Position numbers and translations under genes: made by a program
Assembly: GCA_963798485.1 (NCBI GenBank)
Contig: CAWCTR010000009.1
Location: 48,721 to 112,720 of the forward strand
Origin: an uncultured delta proteobacterium
GTDB lineage: Bacteria; Desulfobacterota; Desulfomonilia; UBA1062
Length of the DNA stretch: 64,000 nucleotides
Direction: 5' to 3'
The notes under the pieces: generated by a model
Told to the model about the DNA's origin: nothing
The model's input: the letters and a program-made list of their open reading frames with translations, nothing else
The model's database searches: none
Shown here: positions 54,283-64,000 of the stretch, one piece after another
Position numbering within the stretch: the first letter of the stretch is position 1
Layout: each line of letters starts with the position of its first letter

Positions 54283-56850
54283 TCATGGTGTGAGCAAGAG
54301 GACGTCCATATACTGATCTTTAGCTGCCTTATCTCCGAAGGGCATGGGGATGTAACGACCCTTGAGCCATGCGGTGATAGCATCGTCATAGTGAGGACTA
54401 GAAGGGTTATCCGATTGACCAGAGCTGTTCATCATATACATAGGCTCCTTCAAACTGAAATCGACAATTAAGCGCATGGCAGGAATCAACCAGGTGTCAA
54501 AGTCCTTTCCTATGTGATAGGCGGACACATCCAGTGTAGTATGGTCTCCAGGTGCTGGGTATGGGCCTCTGTTAAAGTATGACCACAGCGACCACAAGGC
54601 AAATCGATTGATTATGCCCATGTGGGGTGCCATCTTTGAGCTCTCCGTCTCCCATACGTAGGTGTGGAGATCTCCCCAGCGCCAGCGAGATCTATCACTG
54701 CCCAACTTGGATTCCAACAGTTCATAAGCGTCCTTGAAAGTGCGTGAGATAATTTGAGCCTTGGACTCTTTTGAAGAGTTTCTTGCTTTATCCCAGAACG
54801 GACTTTCGTTACCCCTGACCAGGAGGTGATCGCAGGTGGCGTTGTATCTTATATTGTTTATGGTGAGGAATGCCTGCCACGTATTTGAATCCTCAGGGCC
54901 TAACTCACCAAGGAAAATGTTTCGGGTAGAGCAGTATAAGAAAGCCCCGACAATGGCTGCATCTGGTGAATCAGTGGTCATGTTCCCATCGAAACGGGAG
55001 AGCATCTCAATAGCAGTTTGAGCCTTTTTCTTTGCGCTCTCGTCTTTCCATGATTTGATCTCTTGTGAGATTTCACCGAAGAGCTTCCCGGAGAGGATGA
55101 CCTCCTTCAACTTGGGTACCAGTAGTGAGTGGGTATCGAGCTGCATCTCCATGCTTGACTGATATGTATGCTTGTTAGTGGAAGCAATCATCTGTGAAAT
55201 GCGTTCAGCACGCTCCGGCCAATACCATGACGATGATAGGATGTATGGATAATTCTTGGGTATGGTCCGGTTATTTGCTGTGCCGATGAATCCTTCTGGG
55301 GGGTTCTTGGCCCAAGGGAGCGCTGCTACATCTAGGAACCCCTTCCAATCGTAATCGCCGGTCCATCCCGGTGAAGGCATCAGACCTCGTCCTTTTGACC
55401 GGATGGGGTAATTCCCAGTCACCTGCCATGCGATGTTATCTTTGTCTGTGCAGACCATGTTCAGGGCCATTGCTCTTATCTGTTTCAAGATGGGCATTGC
55501 TTCCTCTACCGAGGTGGCAGAGCTCAGTTTAAAGAATGCATCCATGCTGTGGTCGTTCTCATTGTTTGCAGCCCAGCTGAGCGCTATACCATAGGGCAGA
55601 TCAACGGGTGAAGGCTGGATAAGGTTTGCAGGATCTCTCTTGAGGCTTTCATTGATCAGAGGTCCATGACGTGTCTCGGAAATAGTGACCTGCACCGGTT
55701 TCTTGCCACGGACATTAAAGATCTCTACTCGGCTAGTCACCGGAAGCCACTGGCCCTTATAGAGGTAGTGAAGTTTGCCGTCAACATTCTTCAACTGCTC
55801 CAGGAAGATGTCCTGATTGTCGCCCATGACCATAGTCATGCCCCAGGCAATATGGCCGTTGTACCCTGCACAAATCCCTGGTATGCCTGCAATGCCAACT
55901 CCTGCTGCCTCATACAATCCACACTTGACATGCATTATGTTCCACAGAGAGGGCATGCTAAGCATGAGGTGGGTGTCATTCGCCAGAATGCTTGATCCAC
56001 GAGCTGTCCTCTCCTTGGAGATAACCCAGTTATTAGAGGCTACAATACCATCCAGTCCCAGCATGTTCAGGAGAGACTGAGCTTCAGTAAGCCTGGTAGA
56101 TGCCTCAACAGCCTTGTTAAGATCAATATCCTTGAGCTTGGCAGCCTCGTCGAGGGGTATAGGCTCATCTGGGTAGAGGGGCAGCAACCATGCCGTCTTC
56201 TCGATGCCAAGGGCCTTTGCTAAAGAAAGTGTAGCGATTTCCTCATGTAGATTGAAGGATAGTGCCAGGTTCACGATTGCAAAGATTGAGATGGAATCAA
56301 TAGGCCTCCATTTGTCTGGGACATAGCCAGATAGCGCAAGGCCTGGAGGAAGCCTGTCTTTATGCTGCTCTAGGTATGCGTTTACCCCCTCAGCGTAATG
56401 CTCAAGCAACGTCTGATTCTCATGGCTCATATTCTTTAACAGTATCTCTGCAATACGTGGCAGCCCAATCGTACGGATATAAATATCCAGATCTAGAGCT
56501 GAGGACCCTACCATTTCTGAAAGCCTACCCTGTGACACGAGTTTGAGTCCTACCATCTGTGTGAGCCTATCCGAGGCATTGACATAGCCGATGGCCCTTG
56601 CCATATCTTCCATGTTTTGTGCCTCGACAAAGGGGATTCCAAAATTATCTCTCCTAACAATCACCTGTTTAGAGAGAATAGGTATCTTAACTGAGCCCTG
56701 AGGATTATCAATGGAATTTCGGAAGTGTTCAAAAGTGAGATAGGAGCAGCCTCCGACAAGTAGTCCAGCCACAAGAACAGAGCAGAATATGTAAGCAACA
56801 AAGATGCCCCTGTAGTTCCCGAATCTCCTAGGAAAATTCATGGCCCTCAT
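54283..56850 (-). CDS. Penicillin acylase family Ntn-hydrolase (QuiP-like AHL acylase)
   Basis: ASNNW nucleophile site, LANDTHL, HGP, TANNR, SGQS. Confidence 0.9.
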   Translation of the reverse strand: MRAMNFPRRFGNYRGIFVAYIFCSVLVAGLLVGGCSYLTFEHFRNSIDNPQGSVKIPILSKQVIVRRDNFGIPFVEAQNMEDMARAIGYVNASDRLTQMVGLKLVSQGRLSEMVGSSALDLDIYIRTIGLPRIAEILLKNMSHENQTLLEHYAEGVNAYLEQHKDRLPPGLALSGYVPDKWRPIDSISIFAIVNLALSFNLHEEIATLSLAKALGIEKTAWLLPLYPDEPIPLDEAAKLKDIDLNKAVEASTRLTEAQSLLNMLGLDGIVASNNWVISKERTARGSSILANDTHLMLSMPSLWNIMHVKCGLYEAAGVGIAGIPGICAGYNGHIAWGMTMVMGDNQDIFLEQLKNVDGKLHYLYKGQWLPVTSRVEIFNVRGKKPVQVTISETRHGPLINESLKRDPANLIQPSPVDLPYGIALSWAANNENDHSMDAFFKLSSATSVEEAMPILKQIRAMALNMVCTDKDNIAWQVTGNYPIRSKGRGLMPSPGWTGDYDWKGFLDVAALPWAKNPPEGFIGTANNRTIPKNYPYILSSSWYWPERAERISQMIASTNKHTYQSSMEMQLDTHSLLVPKLKEVILSGKLFGEISQEIKSWKDESAKKKAQTAIEMLSRFDGNMTTDSPDAAIVGAFLYCSTRNIFLGELGPEDSNTWQAFLTINNIRYNATCDHLLVRGNESPFWDKARNSSKESKAQIISRTFKDAYELLESKLGSDRSRWRWGDLHTYVWETESSKMAPHMGIINRFALWSLWSYFNRGPYPAPGDHTTLDVSAYHIGKDFDTWLIPAMRLIVDFSLKEPMYMMNSSGQSDNPSSPHYDDAITAWLKGRYIPMPFGDKAAKDQYMDVLLLTP

Positions 56851-56928
56851 CTGTAGCCCTCCTTAATTGCTGATACTTCTTATTCATCATTCCTTTGTTA
56901 ATGAACTGAACCCACGTTTTATTATATA

Positions 56929-58341
56929 GAGCCAATTGCAAAACTCTCTTCCGTTATAGATATTGAAACATAATGCCATTGTATACTTCAATGTTAAAGA
57001 TCATAAGCACCATTTACCCGGTGATTCTATTCTCAAGGCCATCCATAGTTCGATTTCCGAGCACAGCTATCCAGCTTAGTGTCCAAAAGATGTTACGAAT
57101 ATATACAGGCTCTGTTCATTCATCCTTCAACAAAGCATCTGGAAGAGTTGGTTTGCAGTAATGACAATGAGTCCGAACATAAGATGTGCCATGACCTTGG
57201 AGGCTCCCCTCACCCGTATATGACTCCCTCCATGATTATCTTTCAGATACGAATTCACCCGCTCCACGCTGCTCCTCTGCACAAACCGGGCCTTCCTGGC
57301 AAGCTCAAGCGGTATCTTCTCCCCTCGCCGAGGATTGGGATCGATAATCGGCACATGAAAGAGTGTTTCACTGAACTCCTTGATCTGCGGTGCATCATAG
57401 GCAGAATCCATAAGATCATAAAGGCTGACTACCCGCTCGGAGGTCATCTGCATGAGCGGTATCGCAGCCTGGGAATCATGCAATGATGCCGAGGTTAATA
57501 ATGCACTCACCGGAATGTCCCCATCGATACAGTCGATGTGCAGTTTGTAACCTCTCCATGTCATTTTGTATCCCTTGCTGTCCTTCATGGTACCAACTTA
57601 ACAATGATAAGGCAGATCCAACAGGTTCTCCTCAAGACTCCGCCCGCCCTGAAGATCCAACCTCTTCGGAGCCTTGGGGGATACTTCTTCCCCTTGCTTC
57701 GAGCGACCCCGCTTCCTCTTCGGCCCAGGTTCCGACTCATCCTCCTGCTTCTTTACTGCTTTCTCTCGCGCTTCAATCGCCGTCGCATCCCGGCTCACGT
57801 GCCCTGCAAGCTTGCCCCCACAATGCGTCTTTACCATGGCCTCGTGGATCTTCTGCGGAAGACACCCTCGCGAATACTCCGCAAATGCTCGTGAAAAGGT
57901 CGACTCCGATGGAATGTCCCCCCGGCTCTCCCATCCGCATAACCGCCTTATGTTCTTACAGCCATGGAGGTATTCAATGAGCACCTTCGTCGTCTCGAAA
58001 TTGTACACCGCCTTGGCAATAAATGCCTTCGCTATAGATGCCCTGTCCTCACGCTTCCTCCCTATCCCGATCCACCGATACTCATGCATATGCTTGCTCA
58101 GATCCATAAGAGAAACTACCTGCACAAACCTCTCCTCCTTCTCGCTTAATGGATCGAGCCTCTCTTCCAGCCATGGAAAAGTCTCGTCTGTGGGTATGCC
58201 AGATATCGAAGAGAGTGCTCATTGTTGCTCCTTCCTTTTGTTTGTCGTAGAATAAAAGGATAAAGTACTCTCTTCATTATTTCAACTACTTATCATCCTT
58301 TTTACAATATTATCGTAAATTGTGAGTTTTGCAATTGGCTC
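56929..58341 (-). mobile_element. IS5/IS1182-like insertion sequence
   Basis: Perfect inverted repeats agagccaattgcaaaactc (56928-56946) and gagttttgcaattggctct (58324-58342). Confidence 0.85.
57127..58223 (-). pseudogene. DDE transposase, disrupted
   Basis: LCGW...PSESTFSR, SRDATAI, GYKLH, SLHDSQ, DSAYD, RSSVER; split by a stop at 57598 and a 5' frameshift. Confidence 0.88.
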
Positions 58342-60590
58342 TTTCTTCTTAGAAATAGAGATATAGGTATAAGGAGTAGGATCGTAAAGATCGTGATGAT
58401 TGATCCAATATACAAACTCATAGGCCGATAGATGACGGTTATAGAATGCTGACCAGCATCCAACTTAACAGCTCTCAAGAGGTAATCTGCTCGTAAAATC
58501 GGGACATCCTTGTTATCGACATATGCTTTCCAACCAGGGTAATAGAGTTCACTGAGAAGAAGAATGGTACTGCTGGGGGAATCAGACCTAAGGTCCAGCC
58601 TGTTAGGGGTATAATTAGTAGAAACAACCTTATCCTGATCTGATGAGCCTGCACTGATGTTATTTGAAAGTACGTAGTTTCTCTCAGACTCATCAAGCAG
58701 TATTATCTTGCGTGGATTAAAATTAGATTGTTTCAAGATACGAAGTTGATCTTCAATTTGAGATGTAAACTTTACATCCCTAATAAGTATTGCACGAGGC
58801 TGGATTTCTTTGGCAGTTAACAACTGAAACCCTGATGGTGTTACCGCATAAGCATATTTGGCACTGAGGATTTTTGAACTAAATACTTTATCGGGATAGA
58901 ACAATTTTTCAATGAAGGTGTGTGTATGTTGCTCAGGCTCTGGAATATCGGCCATGCCATAAATAAAGTCAAAATACTCTTTCAATATAAGAGGTGTGTA
59001 TCCGCTTATGCCATAATAATGGAACTTGATCGCACGGTTTGGGACACCCCAGATTGGATTATTAATTTCATCTGGGCCAAATCCTGGTATATTCACCCTA
59101 TAGAACCCTTTGTCATTTTTAAAGACATGCTCAAAGTTTTTTTCCTGAACCAAATCTTTTTCTTTTAGCTCTGGTATGAGAGGTGAACAGACTAAATAAA
59201 GATCAAGAAATAAAACGCTTATAAACAATCCTGCCACTATATGTTTATTGTGAATGAAATGAAATGTGCTTATAATTACAAAACTCAAAAAGGTGAATAA
59301 CAATGCATATCCAAGTGATGTTGAGCTTAATGGTACATTAGGAAGTATAGTTCCATGATCCTGATAAGCTGAGATAGCAACAAATATGCAGATCGAAATA
59401 ATAACCAGCCCAGCTATAGCATATAATCGCTGATATTCTTTAAGCCCTAACTCACATATATGCTGGAGCCCGAAACCAACTAAAATAGAAAGTAAAAAAT
59501 CAAATATAACATTACATCTGGCGGGGATACGGAATGATGAAAATAAAGGAAGGAATTTATAATAAACATAGTAAATTGGAGTATTGTTGCCTAACATGAA
59601 GGTAAATGCTGCAAGCAACATAATGATAAGGGGAATTGTATACTGTCTATGTCTTGAAAATGCCCCGCCAATAAATGCAAGGATAATTGACAATATCCCT
59701 ACATAACATGCAAATTCAGGTGCCAACTTTATTGATGGAGATACAAAGTAGGGAGCAATATAATGAAATAAATTTAAAGGATTGAATGACAAAAATGTAA
59801 CAAATTCATATGTGTTCATTGCTCGTATGCTGAGAGACCTAAATTCCATAGTGGGAACTATCTGAATTGCACTTATGCCCAAGGCAACAAGGGGAATTAT
59901 TATATAAAATCCAAACGCTCTCATGACATTATTGAAGTGCAAAGGCTTCGAAACTGAGAACCATCTGATAAAAAAATATAAGGTAAAGAACAAGGATGTA
60001 TAATAACTGCTTTGAACAGCTCCGCTCAGAATCTGAATCCCCCAAATAAGACCAGAAATAAATAGAAAATATATTCTTTTAGATATCATGGCTTTTTCTA
60101 TATAATAGAAAATCCAGGGGATAAGAGCAGATGCATAAATATATGCAGTATGTCCTAGATAGATTCTCCACAAGTAATAACCACTTAGGCTAAACACAAT
60201 TGCAGAGGCTAATCCTGCATATCGGGACTGTGTTATCAATTTTACGAGAAAATACATTCCAAAAGCTGTAATGATAACATGAAGAAGAATGTCTAGATTG
60301 AAAGCCAAGGTAAGGGGCATTAACACATAAAGTAATGTAGTAGGGTAAAAAACAGAATTTGGACTTGCGAGAAAAGGATGACCGCAATAAATATAAGGGT
60401 TCCAAAGAGGTAACGTACCCGAAAGTAGCATTTCTTTTGTAAATCCTTCAGTCCAATAGGAATAACCGATTATATCAACACCACCCATGAAGCTACCATC
60501 AGGATTAAAGATGTTTTTTCCAAAGAAAATAATTATTAATATTACAAGGATACTACAGCAAACAAAATCTAACGGAAGCTTCTTAATCAT
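58302..60590 (-). CDS. YfhO family membrane protein (GT-C-like)
   Basis: LPLWNPYIYCGHPF, FRIPAR, YYPGWKAYVD; many TM segments; last residues are read from the IS end. Confidence 0.85.
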   Translation of the reverse strand: MIKKLPLDFVCCSILVILIIIFFGKNIFNPDGSFMGGVDIIGYSYWTEGFTKEMLLSGTLPLWNPYIYCGHPFLASPNSVFYPTTLLYVLMPLTLAFNLDILLHVIITAFGMYFLVKLITQSRYAGLASAIVFSLSGYYLWRIYLGHTAYIYASALIPWIFYYIEKAMISKRIYFLFISGLIWGIQILSGAVQSSYYTSLFFTLYFFIRWFSVSKPLHFNNVMRAFGFYIIIPLVALGISAIQIVPTMEFRSLSIRAMNTYEFVTFLSFNPLNLFHYIAPYFVSPSIKLAPEFACYVGILSIILAFIGGAFSRHRQYTIPLIIMLLAAFTFMLGNNTPIYYVYYKFLPLFSSFRIPARCNVIFDFLLSILVGFGLQHICELGLKEYQRLYAIAGLVIISICIFVAISAYQDHGTILPNVPLSSTSLGYALLFTFLSFVIISTFHFIHNKHIVAGLFISVLFLDLYLVCSPLIPELKEKDLVQEKNFEHVFKNDKGFYRVNIPGFGPDEINNPIWGVPNRAIKFHYYGISGYTPLILKEYFDFIYGMADIPEPEQHTHTFIEKLFYPDKVFSSKILSAKYAYAVTPSGFQLLTAKEIQPRAILIRDVKFTSQIEDQLRILKQSNFNPRKIILLDESERNYVLSNNISAGSSDQDKVVSTNYTPNRLDLRSDSPSSTILLLSELYYPGWKAYVDNKDVPILRADYLLRAVKLDAGQHSITVIYRPMSLYIGSIITIFTILLLIPISLFLRRKSQLQNSQFTIIL

Positions 60591-60940
60591 AATATGCCTA
60601 CCTCAAACTAATCGTTTTATTGCTAACCGCTTAAATATCATTTTACCCCCAAAAGGTATTTTAAGACAAGAGAGCTTCTTGCAAAATGAATCACCCAAGT
60701 GCTGATTTAATGGTACAGTCCATCATGAGGTCATTATGGGCTTGAAAGCAGAATCAGATAATAAAGAAGGGGAATTAATATTTTGCTCTTGATGGAAGAT
60801 TAGCACCTATGCATAATCATTTGTGGTTAGTATGTATACTGAGAAGACGAGTGTATATTATTCGAAATTAATCAGGTAGGATTACTACATTATTTTATAA
60901 ATGTGTCTTTATGAGAGGTTATTTAAGACAAGTTAAATAA

Positions 60941-62200
60941 TTGAGAATCAAGTATTCTGAATTAATTGAAAGGAATAAAACCTTGTCCCGAGCTAACTGT
61001 ATCAAACAGAGTATAAAAGACCTTGGAATATTCGGTGGTAACCCGGCTTTCTCAAACAAAATTCATGTAGGCCGTCCCAATATTGTAAACCGAAAAGGAT
61101 TTTTCGATCGTATCAATACGATCTTTGACAATCACTGGCTTACAAATAATGGACCTTTTGTTCGGGAATTCGAAAAAAATGTTGAGGAGTTAGTTGGAGT
61201 AAGACATTGCATAGCCATGTGCAATGGGACTATAGCACTTGAAATCGCAATACGTGCGCTTGGTATGACTGGTGAAGTGATCATCCCTTCAGCGACCTTT
61301 ATCGCAACAGCTCATGCTTTACAGTGGCAGGCTATCGCGCCTATTTTTTGTGATATAGATGATAAAACACATAACATCGATCCTAATATGATCGAACGCA
61401 TGATAACTCCCCGGACTACCGGGATTATTGGTGTACACTTATGGGGACGCCCCTGTGATACTGAATCGATCGATAAAATTTCAAAGAGACATGGCCTTAA
61501 GGTACTATACGATGCAGCTCATGCTTTTTCATGCAAACACAATGACAAGATGATAGGTAATTTCGGTGATGCCGAGGTGTTCAGCTTTCATGCTACAAAA
61601 TTTATAAATACCTTTGAAGGTGGAGCCGTTGTAACAAATAATGACGATCTAGCCTCAAAAATTAGATTGATGAAGAATTTTGGATTCAAAGGATATGACA
61701 ATGTAATCTATATAGGCACGAACGGCAAGATGAGTGAAATATCAGCAGCCATGGGTTTATCATCCCTTGAATGCATCAAGGAAGTAATCGAAAATAATCG
61801 TATTAATTTCATGCACTATAAAAACATAATTGGACCCATCCCAGGCATATCTTGTATTGAATACCATGAAAATAACCTGCCAAACTATCAGTATGTAATT
61901 ATCGACATAGATGATAGTAAGGTATCCCTATCCAGGGACCAGATCGTTAAAATACTTCATGCAGAAAATATTCTTGCCAGGCGTTATTTTTTTCCTGGAT
62001 GCCACCGGATGGAACCCTACAAATCGTATTTCCCTAATGCATGGATGCTGTTACCCAACACAGATAAGATTTTCTCTAGGATAATAAGCCTCCCTACAGG
62101 CACATCAGTAACCCTCGATGACATAGATTCAATATGCAATTTATTACATTACATCATTATTCATGACCAAGAGATCAAGGAGAAACTACCACATGAATGA
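60941..62200 (+). CDS. DegT/DnrJ/EryC1/StrS sugar aminotransferase (VioA-like)
   Basis: NGTIAL, YDAAHAF, SFHATK (PLP Lys), EGGA, NGKMSE; start may be TTG 60983. Confidence 0.92.
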   Translation: MRIKYSELIERNKTLSRANCIKQSIKDLGIFGGNPAFSNKIHVGRPNIVNRKGFFDRINTIFDNHWLTNNGPFVREFEKNVEELVGVRHCIAMCNGTIALEIAIRALGMTGEVIIPSATFIATAHALQWQAIAPIFCDIDDKTHNIDPNMIERMITPRTTGIIGVHLWGRPCDTESIDKISKRHGLKVLYDAAHAFSCKHNDKMIGNFGDAEVFSFHATKFINTFEGGAVVTNNDDLASKIRLMKNFGFKGYDNVIYIGTNGKMSEISAAMGLSSLECIKEVIENNRINFMHYKNIIGPIPGISCIEYHENNLPNYQYVIIDIDDSKVSLSRDQIVKILHAENILARRYFFPGCHRMEPYKSYFPNAWMLLPNTDKIFSRIISLPTGTSVTLDDIDSICNLLHYIIIHDQEIKEKLPHE

Positions 62201-63122
62201 AAAGCAGGTGGACTTCTCGATTGTAATTCCGGTTTACTATAACGAAGGAAGCCTAAAACTAATTTATAAGGCTTTAGAAGAAAAGGTTATCAATATTAAC
62301 ACTGATAAATCATGTGAAATCATCTTTGTGGATGATGGATCTGGAGACAACTCTTTTAATGAACTCATGGAAATCCGAAATGAGAACCCTCATCTAGTGA
62401 AGGTAATCAAGTTTGTACGGAATTTCGGCCAACTTCAGGCTGTAATAGCGGGCTATAAAATTGCCAGAGGTAAATGTGTTATCTCAATTTCGGCCGACCT
62501 ACAGGACCCCCCCGAAATGATCAATGACATGCTAAATTATCACTTTAATGAAGGATATCCTATTGTTGTGTGTAGTCGAGAATCCCGTGATGAATCCTTC
62601 TTCAGGCGAAGTACTTCACAAATATTTTATTCTCTCATGAAGAAGTTAAGTTTTCCTAATATGCCTACAAAAGGGTTTGATTACATATTATTAAGCGAGA
62701 CTGTAAAAAATATCATTCTTGAAAATCAAGAAACTAATGCGTTCTTTCAAGGCCAGGTTTTATGGACCGGATACAATATTAAATTTATTCCCTATAAACG
62801 TGAGAAAAGAGCCATCGGTAAATCTAGGTGGACTTTCAGCAAGAAGTTGAAATACCTCATAGATGGCCTTTTAAGTTATTCATACTTCCCATTGAGAGTT
62901 ATGTCGGTTACTGGACTCATTGTAGCTTTACTTGGTTTTTTATATGCTTTAATCATTTTAATAGGTCGCATATTTGGCTCTGTACCTGTCCAAGGATGGG
63001 CTCCATTGATGATCATTATCCTTGTTCTATCAGGTATCCAGATGCTTATGCTTGGTATAATCGGTGAATATTTGTGGAGGGCCCTAGAACGTAGTTTGAA
63101 ACAGACAACCCTACATTATTGA
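62193..63122 (+). CDS. GT2 polyprenol-phosphate glycosyltransferase (GtrB/ArnC-like)
   Basis: IPVYYNE, VDDGSGD, RNFG, ADLQDPP, two C-terminal TM segments, GIIGEY; tail possibly frameshifted. Confidence 0.9.
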   Translation: MNEKQVDFSIVIPVYYNEGSLKLIYKALEEKVININTDKSCEIIFVDDGSGDNSFNELMEIRNENPHLVKVIKFVRNFGQLQAVIAGYKIARGKCVISISADLQDPPEMINDMLNYHFNEGYPIVVCSRESRDESFFRRSTSQIFYSLMKKLSFPNMPTKGFDYILLSETVKNIILENQETNAFFQGQVLWTGYNIKFIPYKREKRAIGKSRWTFSKKLKYLIDGLLSYSYFPLRVMSVTGLIVALLGFLYALIILIGRIFGSVPVQGWAPLMIIILVLSGIQMLMLGIIGEYLWRALERSLKQTTLHY

Positions 63123-63329
63123 GAAGAGAATCTGAGTGAGCAATAAGGAATGGAAAGCTACTTATTAGGTTAGATGAAGAGTGCTTTTATTTAATGACTC
63201 AGAGTAGCCCTTTGGTTTAAATCACGGCTTTGGAGTTTGCCAGTTCACATGTAATCTTATAGAATTTGAAGGGAATATATTCTACTGATCATATCTGAGT
63301 GAGCTAATACATGTTTAAAGGCCGAATTC

Positions 63330-63757
63330 ATGGTAAAACACAATGTCAAAATCAAGTTTATCATCGTAGGCATTTGGAATACAATATTTGGGTATCTTGT
63401 CTATATTAGTCTTGATTCACTTTTTCCCATCTATTTTCTCAAAGACATCTAGGTGATATGTTGGGCCTTGTTGTTGGTCTGAACATCATTGCTATCATCA
63501 ATGCCTACATTTTTCATAAGTATGTGACTTTTGAATCAAAAATTAAGGGGATTGGAATCATTTTTGAGTTTATAAAATTCTCATTAACCTATCTAGTCTC
63601 GTTTTGTTTAAGCTTGTTTTTACTTCCTTTTTTTGTTGAGGTTATGGATATACAGCCTAAAATAGCAGGTGCATGTGTTATTTTCTTATGCTGCACAATT
63701 ATAAGCTATTTGGGACACACAAGAATCTCTTTTTATAAAAAACCTGATGAAGTATGA
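63330..63757 (+). pseudogene. GtrA family flippase, frameshifted in the T-run near 63421
   Basis: KFIIVGIWNTIFGY from ATG 63330 is out of frame with AYIFHKYVTF...ISYLGH. Confidence 0.78.
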
Positions 63758-64000
63758 GCTCCTATTCACGAAATCATTACTTTCTTCCATCACAACGAAA
63801 ACCTTAATAGTCTAAATAACGGTTGTTTCTAGTGGTGCAGGGTAATTTTAAATACGATCTTTAATAGATTCATGCCTTGCTAAAACGAACACCTTATTCA
63901 AAATTGGATATGAGGCTCTGTGCGATTCAGGATTCATGTTTACTGCAGATCCCATACTGTTGAAAATCAGGGCTTCATATCACGCCGAATCAGTCAGATG

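Noticed and set aside
63770-64000. Possible further repeat copy at the window end
   Set aside because: Only a short match (cttcatatca..ccg); too weak to call, and cut off by the window edge

Overview
Likely a Desulfobacterota (deltaproteobacterial) anaerobe; this is inferred from gene content only. Bases 1-19.8 kb are an intact core region. It holds an ABC exporter, a B12 radical SAM enzyme, a fatty-acid oxidation block (fadR, HAD-ECH fusion, etfB, etfA, membrane FeS/CCG oxidoreductase), acs with a perfect FadR-type palindrome, prpE, satP, waaA, kdsB and a macrodomain gene. After tRNA-Ala(GGC) at 19807 there is a ~44 kb mosaic accessory region of unrelated genes, gene fragments and pseudogenes. 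The main unexplained signal is a family of about 13 degenerate, apparently non-coding repeats (unit roughly 170-180 bp, nearly all on the + strand) lying between cargo modules; I did not see it in the core region. Two mobile elements sit in its conserved motifs: a group II intron 5' fragment whose EBS1/EBS2 pair exactly with the repeat core, and an IS110/IS1111 element. Also hidden from the ORF track are two adjacent probable selenoprotein genes with SECIS-like hairpins. Other features include a methyltransferase/molybdopterin enzyme/ADP-ribosylhydrolase cluster, integrase and att remnants, an IS5-like element and a low-GC surface glycosylation cluster. All alignments were done by eye, and repeat boundaries are approximate.
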